Source: Candidatus Saccharimonadales bacterium
GTDB lineage: Bacteria > Patescibacteriota > Saccharimonadia > Saccharimonadales > 2-12-FULL-41-12
Assembly (NCBI GenBank): GCA_041600715.1
Contig: JBFIJM010000001.1
Span: forward strand, 384,387-448,386
DNA length: 64,000 nt
Direction of reading: 5' to 3'
The notes below the pieces were generated by a model. It made no database searches. It saw only the letters and a list, made by a program, of their open reading frames with translations, and was not told the DNA's origin. The position numbers were made by a program, and so were the translations under genes. Positions 21,106 to 27,522 of this stretch are shown here, one piece after another (the stretch's first letter is position 1; each line of letters starts with the position of its first letter).

Positions 21106-21124
21106 TATACCCCCCTAGGGTATA
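21106..21124. promoter_or_regulatory. candidate CsoR operator TATACCC-CCCTA-GGGTATA
   Basis: GC-tract-centred inverted repeat 40-58 nt upstream of the DUF4396 start, of the type bound by CsoR proteins. Confidence 0.6.
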
Positions 21125-21437
21125 CCATTTTTATATTTTTTGCAATGCTTTATCGCGGGATAATCGCGATTGGTAACCTAGTAGGCGTATGTGCGCCACT
21201 CTCGGCTACCCATAAACACGGGACTGTGGTCAGTAAACTACTGGCACACCGTCAAAGCGTTACTCCTTTGCACCCAGATGGATGTTTTTTAGTTTACGAA
21301 ACGTAAATTAACAATTTGGAATACGTACTTTCAAGGATTGAACTGAACGATAAAAAGTTGCAATATATACTAAACGACCCCTTTAAAACCAGCGTTGAGA
21401 CAAAGAAAAAAGTTCTTTCAGGCTCTAATTCTAATAT

Positions 21438-21461
21438 TTGGTGCGGGCAAGGAGACTCAAA
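21438..21461 (-). repeat. detached direct copy of the tRNA-Gly 3' end (outer att-like repeat)
   Basis: TTGGTGCGGGCAAGGAGACTCAAA is identical to 23401..23424 (24/24). Confidence 0.9.
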
Positions 21462-21544
21462 AGCTCCCGACCGGACGGTCTAGGGAGCTACCTGGCCAAT
21501 TGATTATTTTTAAAGAGGCCAGGAGTTAACCCCGGCTCAGACCA

Positions 21545-21577
21545 TGAAAAAAGCCCCACAAAAGTGAGGCGTTTTTC
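21545..21577. terminator. bidirectional terminator downstream of the 193-aa ORF
   Basis: AAAAAA-GCCCCAC-AAAA-GTGAGGC-GTTTTT (one C·A mismatch in the stem). Confidence 0.55.
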
Positions 21578-21708
21578 GTAGTGCGCATTTACGGAATCTT
21601 CTCAAACTATTTGAATGGATAGTCAAAGGTAATCCTTTTACCACTCCAAAGATAATGATAGCCGTTAGGATAGAGTCAAATATCATCTACTAATTGCGCC
21701 TCGATTGT

Positions 21709-22290
21709 CTAGTGATTTGCAACCTTGATACCTGCTTGCCAACCTGGCGCCCTGCCACCTTCTGGGGGGTGAAAACTATTTGCGTCTATTCCACTTTGTT
21801 CCAGCACCCAAGAAATGACCGAATTAGAGTTCCACATTTCACCCGTATCATTTTCATCACGCCCCCAGACAGGAGTAGGAATATCACCTATACCTTTAAG
21901 TATCCTTTCCATTTGTGCTTCGTTACGAGTAACGGTAATTGGCTGTCCAACAGCCGTATCAAGGTCTGGTATATTGCCTTCTTTCCAGCATCGTACTTCA
22001 TACCTAAATATAGCCAGCCCACCTAGAATACGCATGCCAACGGGTCCTTCTGCTACAACTCCCCGTTCAGCGTCGTCTTTGTTAACAACTGGAGCTTGCT
22101 CAATTACATATCTGCCATTTGGCGTAAATAACTGTAAGGCTGAATGGAACAATTTCTCACGTGAACGATGTTGCATTCTAGAAGCAACAGCTTCAAAAGC
22201 CCTTCCGCTTAGGCGCACAATATGCGCACCTGCACCTAATGGTATCCAGTAAAGTTCTGCTGAGTTTTCTTGGTTGCCTAAACTATTCAA
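21709..22290 (-). CDS. hypothetical soluble protein (islet cargo)
   Basis: 193 aa with YWIPLGAG ... FRYEVRCW ... WGRDENDTGEMWNSNS motifs; no assignable function. Confidence 0.6.
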   Translation of the reverse strand: MNSLGNQENSAELYWIPLGAGAHIVRLSGRAFEAVASRMQHRSREKLFHSALQLFTPNGRYVIEQAPVVNKDDAERGVVAEGPVGMRILGGLAIFRYEVRCWKEGNIPDLDTAVGQPITVTRNEAQMERILKGIGDIPTPVWGRDENDTGEMWNSNSVISWVLEQSGIDANSFHPPEGGRAPGWQAGIKVANH

Positions 22291-23119
22291 AATGTACAGC
22301 TCTCATAAAACTAACGAGAGCAGAAATGCTTCCAATTACTACAACTGAAACGATTATGACTGCTGGCAATAATTTACTGCTGAAATCATTAACCATCATT
22401 AGCATCATCGATGCTACGATACTACTTCCCATTAGTGCAGAAAAAGTAAGCCAAGGAGCTAGTAGATAAGTCCCGATTTTTCTGCCTTTAAGAGATAGAT
22501 AGCCAGTAGCTATGAATCCAGGCAATACAATTGCTAAATCAAGAACGTGTATAGGATTGACCGATAGTCCAGCGTCTATTGTTCCTTGCGGGGTTTTTCC
22601 AGTTGCTAATGCTGGAATGATTTCGCTTAGCCACAAAAGTGTAAAAAGAATACCAATTATTATTAAGGTGTAGCTAGCAAACTTATTTACCTTAGGTAAT
22701 TTAGCTTGGACACTTTTTAAAGATACAGCCGTTACTATCGTGTAAAATGTTAATCCTAAAACTGCTACATATACGAGAAATAGACTGTTGAAATGAACTG
22801 CAACGGCATAGATTATGTAAGCATAGAGTAGATAGAATAGCATACCCAACCATACAAAAAACGCCTTTGATGACCCTTTAGTTGCCTTGTACGCACTTAG
22901 CAGTAAAACTACCACGGCAACAAGATTTCCTATGTCCTGACCTTGTGCTTGTAATACCCAGTTTTCAGTTTCCTTAACATAAGGCGACGAGCTAAAAAGC
23001 CCAGCTAGACTTGCTAATGTTACTAGGAAAGACATTACTGCGGTTGAGATTATTTGCCACTTGGACAATTTAGCACTATCCATACTCTTATTGTAGTCCT
23101 GTCGTGCTGAATCCTTCAT
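22283..23119 (-). CDS. hypothetical polytopic membrane protein (about 8 TM, islet cargo)
   Basis: 278 aa, strongly hydrophobic, 8-nt overlap with the downstream ORF. Confidence 0.6.
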   Translation of the reverse strand: MKDSARQDYNKSMDSAKLSKWQIISTAVMSFLVTLASLAGLFSSSPYVKETENWVLQAQGQDIGNLVAVVVLLLSAYKATKGSSKAFFVWLGMLFYLLYAYIIYAVAVHFNSLFLVYVAVLGLTFYTIVTAVSLKSVQAKLPKVNKFASYTLIIIGILFTLLWLSEIIPALATGKTPQGTIDAGLSVNPIHVLDLAIVLPGFIATGYLSLKGRKIGTYLLAPWLTFSALMGSSIVASMMLMMVNDFSSKLLPAVIIVSVVVIGSISALVSFMRAVHFE

Positions 23120-23244
23120 TGATTACAATCACACAAACATATCTTTTTTCACCATTTTGTAAGCTGAGAAGTGAGTCCTGTTTCTGTGCAACAACAAATG
23201 CCACTTTTAATGGCGAATTACAGGAGTAAATTGGCTAGAAACAA

Positions 23245-23263
23245 TTGGTGCGGGCAAGGAGAC
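23245..23263 (-). repeat. detached direct copy of the tRNA-Gly 3' end (inner att-like repeat)
   Basis: TTGGTGCGGGCAAGGAGAC is identical to 23401..23419 (19/19). Confidence 0.9.
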
Positions 23264-23365
23264 AAGCCGGAAATTGTTCAGCTTTCTCGGAGCGAGCTCC
23301 TGTGAGAGCCTCCAATTATCAAACTCACCCTACGGCTACGGAGTTTGAGACACCGCGACACAAAC

Positions 23366-23393
23366 CAATGAAAAACCCGGCTCTGAGGCCGGG
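23366..23393 (-). terminator. terminator of tRNA-Gly
   Basis: CCCGGC-TCTGAG-GCCGGG followed on the minus strand by TTTTTCATTG. Confidence 0.65.
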
Positions 23394-23401
23394 ACTTTCA
23401 T

Positions 23402-23477
23402 TGGTGCGGGCAAGGAGACTCAAACTCCTGGCCTCTTCCTTGGCAAGGAAGCGCTCTATCAACTGAGCTATGCCCGC
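23402..23477 (-). tRNA. tRNA-Gly(GCC), CCA encoded
   Basis: GCGGGCA-TA-GCTC-AGTTGATA-GAGC-G-CTTCC-TTGCCAA-GGAAG-AGGCC-AGGAG-TTTGAGT-CTCCT-TGCCCGC-A-CCA. Confidence 0.9.
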
Positions 23478-23501
23478 ATGAATAATTTAATTTTTAATTT
23501 C

Positions 23502-23519
23502 GCTCAGTAGATCGAGCGC
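23502..23519 (+). repeat. inverted copy (16/18) of the tRNA-Gly D-arm in the leader
   Basis: GCTCAGTAGATCGAGCGC compared with the reverse complement of 23451..23468 (GCTCAGTTGATAGAGCGC). Confidence 0.8.
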
Positions 23520-23528
23520 TCGCGCTAC

Positions 23529-23556
23529 ATTATCATTTTTGCAACGAGTTGCGCAA
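23529..23556 (-). promoter_or_regulatory. predicted tRNA-Gly promoter TTGCGC-N16-GATAAT
   Basis: Minus-strand read AGCTCAGTTGCGC-AACTCGTTGCAAAAAT-GATAAT-GTAGCGCG; collinear with the tRNA-Ala module. Confidence 0.5.
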
Positions 23557-23572
23557 CTGAGCTATGCCAGCA
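23554..23572 (-). repeat. detached direct copy (18/19) of tRNA-Gly nt 1-19
   Basis: CAACTGAGCTATGCCAGCA compared with 23460..23478 CAACTGAGCTATGCCCGCA. Confidence 0.85.
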
Positions 23573-23752
23573 TATTTTAATCCAGACAGCGGACTTCGTC
23601 CTTTTCCGCTGTGACCATGCTCGAAGTAAACTTCTGTGCGTGGTCTTGCTTCACCGAACTGCTGGTTCACCAAAGGCTCTCGCATCCAGTTCTCGTCGCC
23701 CAGACACTGCCATAATAAAACTTTATCTAGCCTAGAGGCTACAAAAGTTTTA

Positions 23753-23828
23753 TGGTGGCTCCTCCCAGACTCGAACTGGGGACACACGGAGCTTCAATCC
23801 GTTGCTCTACCAACTGAGCTAAAGAGCC
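23753..23828 (-). tRNA. tRNA-Phe(GAA), CCA encoded
   Basis: GGCTCTT-TA-GCTC-AGTTGGTA-GAGC-A-ACGGA-TTGAAGC-TCCGT-GTGTC-CCCAG-TTCGAGT-CTGGG-AGGAGCC-A-CCA. Confidence 0.9.
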
Positions 23829-23864
23829 AAACCTATGCGATAAATTGTTTATGTTCGGTGTAGA

Positions 23865-23912
23865 GACACACGGAGCTTCAATCCGTCGCTCACTGGACTA
23901 ACGCTAAAGAGC
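23865..23912 (-). pseudogene. truncated tRNA-Phe pseudogene (nt 1-47; D-arm scrambled, no T-arm)
   Basis: 22 nt identical to 23781..23802 (anticodon arm plus variable loop), CTAAAGAGC 5' end conserved, D region diverged. Confidence 0.8.
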
Positions 23913-23957
23913 AAAAATCGCTAGCGACCGATGTATTTTACCTCAGATCGGTCGCTA
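23913..23957 (-). terminator. terminator of the SPFH gene
   Basis: 11-bp stem TAGCGACCGAT/ATCGGTCGCTA followed on the minus strand by GCGATTTTT. Confidence 0.7.
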
Positions 23958-23973
23958 CGACAAGTTTGAGGGC

Positions 23974-24714
23974 TTATTTACGACCTCTAAGAGCATCGAC
24001 GAGCTCCACAGGGAAAAGCATCATTGTTTTTTGTGATGGCTCAGTGGATATGCGTTCTAGTGTATTAAGCGTACGTAGATTTATAGCTCCAGGAGTAGAT
24101 GATAGTATTTTGGCAGCATCTGCAAGGGTTTGAGCTGCTAATTTTTCTCCGTCTGAATTTATGACATTGGCACGCTTTTCTCGCTCAGCTTCAGCTTGCT
24201 TGCTCATTGCGCGCTTCATATCCTGAGGCAATTCTATATTTTGGACTTTGACACTCCCTACATCAATCCCCCATTGGTCGGTCTGCCTATCAACAATTTC
24301 TTTAATCTGTAAGCTGATTTCTTCACGCTTACTTAGTAAATCATCCATCTCTACACTACCGGTAACATCACGTAGCGCCGCTTGTGCAAATTGACTTGTT
24401 GCATATATGTAGTTGGTAGTTTCTAGTACAGCTTTTGCAGGGTCGATTACTCGAAGATAGACTACAGCATCTACTCCTAAAGTCACGTTGTCTTTAGTAA
24501 TGACTTCTTGTTTGGTTACGTCTATTGGAGTAGATCGGACGTCTACCTTTATCATCCTTTGCACTACAGGAATTACGATACGAAGACCTGGCTGTTTAAC
24601 ACCAGTAAATTTACCTAGAGTTAATACTACCCCACGCTCGTACTGATTAACAATCTTAATTCCGCTAATTATTATCACCACTATTACCAGTAGTAAAAAT
24701 GTAAAGAATTCCAT
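23974..24714 (-). CDS. SPFH/band-7 (stomatin/prohibitin-like) membrane protein
   Basis: N-terminal TM, VNQYERGVVLTLGKF, coiled-coil AEAEREKRA region. Confidence 0.85.
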   Translation of the reverse strand: MEFFTFLLLVIVVIIISGIKIVNQYERGVVLTLGKFTGVKQPGLRIVIPVVQRMIKVDVRSTPIDVTKQEVITKDNVTLGVDAVVYLRVIDPAKAVLETTNYIYATSQFAQAALRDVTGSVEMDDLLSKREEISLQIKEIVDRQTDQWGIDVGSVKVQNIELPQDMKRAMSKQAEAEREKRANVINSDGEKLAAQTLADAAKILSSTPGAINLRTLNTLERISTEPSQKTMMLFPVELVDALRGRK

Positions 24715-24830
24715 ATTTTCTCCAAGGTTATTTTGCTATATTTATAATACTCTATTTTCTTAATGTATCTATTATCTAAACTAAGCTAAACTACAACTAC
24801 GTCAATCCATACTTCGAGTCGTTCATACAT

Positions 24831-24856
24831 ATTAAAAACCGGTCAAAGGACCGGTT
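24831..24856 (-). terminator. terminator of tRNA-Val
   Basis: AACCGGTC-AAAG-GACCGGTT followed on the minus strand by TTTTTAAT. Confidence 0.7.
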
Positions 24857-24863
24857 CTTAATA

Positions 24864-24940
24864 TGGTGGGTGATGAGGGACTCGAACCCCCGACCCCCTC
24901 GGTGTAAACGAGGTGCTCTAGCCAGCTGAGCTAATCACCC
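24864..24940 (-). tRNA. tRNA-Val(UAC), CCA encoded
   Basis: GGGTGAT-TA-GCTC-AGCTGGCTA-GAGC-A-CCTCG-TTTACAC-CGAGG-GGGTC-GGGGG-TTCGAGT-CCCTC-ATCACCC-A-CCA. Confidence 0.9.
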
Positions 24941-25035
24941 ATTGATATCGTGTAATTATACTATCTTGATTTAGTGATTATTTCTACTAGCTAGAGAGCA
25001 CGAGGTGCACTTGTTTAATATTGCAGTAAACTGCA

Positions 25036-25054
25036 CCAGCTGAGTTAATCATCC
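25036..25054 (-). repeat. detached direct copy (17/19) of tRNA-Val nt 1-19
   Basis: CCAGCTGAGTTAATCATCC compared with 24922..24940 CCAGCTGAGCTAATCACCC. Confidence 0.75.
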
Positions 25055-25109
25055 TAATAAAGTATTTAACAAGGGTAATATAGCAGGTTAATGATTAAAA
25101 CTCAATCAG

Positions 25110-25316
25110 TTATGCTACGACAGCATTTTGTTCTGTTGCCTGCTGACCTACAAATGATGCGATTTGCTCTACTCCTTGAGTTTGAGCGCTAACCTCAGAA
25201 ACAGGCGCAACTTGCTCAGTAATCCTTGTTTCTTGTCTTATAGCAGAATCACAATGTGGAGTTGGAGCATTGTGATTTATCCATGTTACTTTTGGATATG
25301 CGTAGTGGTGACTCAT
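25110..25316 (-). CDS. small hypothetical protein (68 aa)
   Basis: ATG preceded by AAAGGAAACAAA (Shine-Dalgarno) and by its own TTGAAG-N17-TATAGT promoter; no homology recognised. Confidence 0.5.
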   Translation of the reverse strand: MSHHYAYPKVTWINHNAPTPHCDSAIRQETRITEQVAPVSEVSAQTQGVEQIASFVGQQATEQNAVVA

Positions 25317-25397
25317 TTTGTTTCCTTTTGTCGTAATTTAGTATTTGTAATTATTGATACTTTTACTTTAATCTATATAATCTTATATCTAATAATT

Positions 25398-25426
25398 ACT
25401 ATATTCCTGTGATGCTTATACTTCAA
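25398..25426 (-). promoter_or_regulatory. promoter TTGAAG-N17-TATAGT for the 68-aa ORF
   Basis: Reverse complement of 25421..25426 is TTGAAG; reverse complement of 25398..25403 is TATAGT; the spacer is 17 nt. Confidence 0.55.
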
Positions 25427-25620
25427 TAATGCTTGGGGTTTTATAGCAAAATAGTATTTTCATACTTACATATGATCAAATATATACCGTTTTTGATATA
25501 AATTTGACATAAAGCACAAGTTTAACAATATTGACAATAATACAAGACGTGAATACTGACGAGAAGACAGCGCCAGGGCTTCGCGCCTGACTAACTTCGC
25601 ATTGGAAGTTCAAGGCACTC

Positions 25621-25650
25621 AAACCAAACTAAAACCCCGACAAATCGGGG
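25621..25650 (-). terminator. terminator of tRNA-Leu(GAG)
   Basis: CCCCGA-CAAA-TCGGGG followed on the minus strand by TTTTAGTTTGGTTT. Confidence 0.65.
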
Positions 25651-25658
25651 TCATAGTT

Positions 25659-25745
25659 TGGTGCGGACGAGAAGACTTGAACTTCCACAGGATTGCTCCC
25701 ACTAGCCCCTCAAGCTAGCGCGTCTACCAATTCCGCCACGTCCGC
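25659..25745 (-). tRNA. tRNA-Leu(GAG), type II, CCA encoded
   Basis: GCGGACG-TG-GCGGAATTGGTAGACGC..CTAGC-TTGAGGG-GCTAG, long variable arm, GGAAG-TTCAAGT-CTTCT-CGTCCGC-A-CCA. Confidence 0.85.
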
Positions 25746-25800
25746 GTAGGTAGGAATAACAGAGTATAGACTACGCTATAACTCCGCGAAACTCAAGTTT

Positions 25801-27438
25801 CTAAGTCCTCGGCATATGGTTGTATAAATGCTCGAACGAGAACTCGTGACGTAGATAAGGCTTAACATCATCCAGAGTAACGTCAATCTTTACTCCTTCG
25901 TTGAGTGTGCCATAAGGATCAAATACAGTTTTCACCTTACGAAGAAGTTGATAAACATCAGGTCCATATAACTTCTCTAGGTATGGACCCCTGATCCTAC
26001 CATCATTATGTTGAGCGGTAGTGCTACCGCCTAGTTCGATGACAAGATTATAATAATCGTCGATAATTCTAAATACTTTTTGTCTGTCTCCTACTTGGGC
26101 TAAATCTAGAAAAGGCTGTACATGTAGATTTGCGTTACCTAAATGACCCCACATGGTTACAGGCATTTTATAGCCTTCAAAAAGCTTATAAACCCGCTTA
26201 ATGTACTCAGCAGTACGGTCAGTAGGCACGATCGCATCATCGATAATAGGTACGGCCTCGGCACTATCACGACCATGCGAAAGTACAGATGCAACACTGT
26301 GGCGTATCTTCCACAACTGCTCTACTTCAATCTCATCAGTCTCGATTTTGTAAGTCAGCTGTTGTTTCTCAAGAATCTTAGACGCTTTTTTAGCCATTTT
26401 GGCCTGAGTCTTGGTAGATAAGTCATCAAATTCTATTAAAAGCACGAATCTAGGGAATGGTTGCTTTACAATTCCACGAAGTTGATTAGGATTGAACTGA
26501 TTAACATAACGGAGTAAGTTGTCATCTACCACTTCTATAGCGCTAGGAGGTTTAGATAGTTTCCTAAGATCTGATACGACATCCTGTAAAATTTCGGCAT
26601 CATCACAAAAGGCTGCAATTAAAGTACTTGCCGGATTGTACTGTTTAGTAGAAAGTGTAATCTCGGTAATTACCCCCAATGTACCTTGTGAACCGATAAA
26701 TAAAGGCGTTAAATCAAATGATCCGTCTTTACCCTTTATTGCGACCAGGTTATATCCAGATGCATTTTTGGTAACATCAAGCTCCGTTGCAGAAACTAAA
26801 TCTTGATTTTCCTCGATTAGAGTATCAAGAGCACGATATACTTCGCCCTCAAAAGTGGCTAAGCCCATTTTCTTATTGAGCTCACGCTTGCTTATTCGCT
26901 TTGTAACAATCGCTTCACCGTTAGCGAGGACTACTCGCAAACTACTCACGTAATCCTTTGTTGTTCCGTATTTTACGCTTTTTTCACCACCAGCATTGTT
27001 AGCTACTGCACCACCGAGAGTACAGTATTCTATGGAAGCAGGGAATGGTGGCAAAAATCTTCCATGAGTATGAAGCGTTTGTTGCAACTTAGCATAATTA
27101 AGCCCAGGCTCAACTGTCACTGAACCTGTTTTGGTATCTAACTCCAGAATTTTATTCATGTGTGCTGGAAACACCATGAGTACACCCTTGCCGATAGCTG
27201 CACCAGATTGATCCGTGCCTGCACCACGGGCAGTCAAAGGTATGACTCGTCCTCGTTCTGCAAGTTGCCATGTAAAACGCGCAGTCTTGCGGACATCATT
27301 TTCATTGCGTGGATAGGCGATGATTGCTGGTGCTATTGTAAAAACACTACTGTCAGTCGAAAAATAACGTCGTGCATCCTCGCCAGTCATAACTTCACCG
27401 ACTAGGTGCTCTTGCAAATAGTGTGCAACTTTATTCAT
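25801..27438 (-). CDS. FAD-binding (PCMH-type) oxidoreductase, GlcD/D-lactate dehydrogenase-like
   Basis: 545 aa; ARGAGTDQSGAAIG FAD-binding region; vanillyl-alcohol oxidase-type C-terminal domain. Confidence 0.75.
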   Translation of the reverse strand: MNKVAHYLQEHLVGEVMTGEDARRYFSTDSSVFTIAPAIIAYPRNENDVRKTARFTWQLAERGRVIPLTARGAGTDQSGAAIGKGVLMVFPAHMNKILELDTKTGSVTVEPGLNYAKLQQTLHTHGRFLPPFPASIEYCTLGGAVANNAGGEKSVKYGTTKDYVSSLRVVLANGEAIVTKRISKRELNKKMGLATFEGEVYRALDTLIEENQDLVSATELDVTKNASGYNLVAIKGKDGSFDLTPLFIGSQGTLGVITEITLSTKQYNPASTLIAAFCDDAEILQDVVSDLRKLSKPPSAIEVVDDNLLRYVNQFNPNQLRGIVKQPFPRFVLLIEFDDLSTKTQAKMAKKASKILEKQQLTYKIETDEIEVEQLWKIRHSVASVLSHGRDSAEAVPIIDDAIVPTDRTAEYIKRVYKLFEGYKMPVTMWGHLGNANLHVQPFLDLAQVGDRQKVFRIIDDYYNLVIELGGSTTAQHNDGRIRGPYLEKLYGPDVYQLLRKVKTVFDPYGTLNEGVKIDVTLDDVKPYLRHEFSFEHLYNHMPRT

Positions 27439-27522
27439 CGTAAGTTTGTTTTTATACCCTCGTTTTCTTGATCATATAGTACCACACGTCGCTTATGCTC
27501 ATCTAGAGCTGTTCATCAGTAG

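Noticed and set aside
21438-21530. Possible complete degenerate tRNA-Gly at the outer repeat
   Set aside because: No acceptor 5' strand (TGCCCGC on the plus strand) occurs within 120 nt, and the region folds instead as AGCTCCC...GGGAGCT. It was treated as a fragment only.
23245-23863. Track ORFs 23245..23466 (+), 23533..23787 (-) and 23636..23863 (+)
   Set aside because: They run through tRNA-Gly, tRNA-Phe, their terminators and tRNA-derived repeats, have no translation signals, and are explained by the RNA genes.
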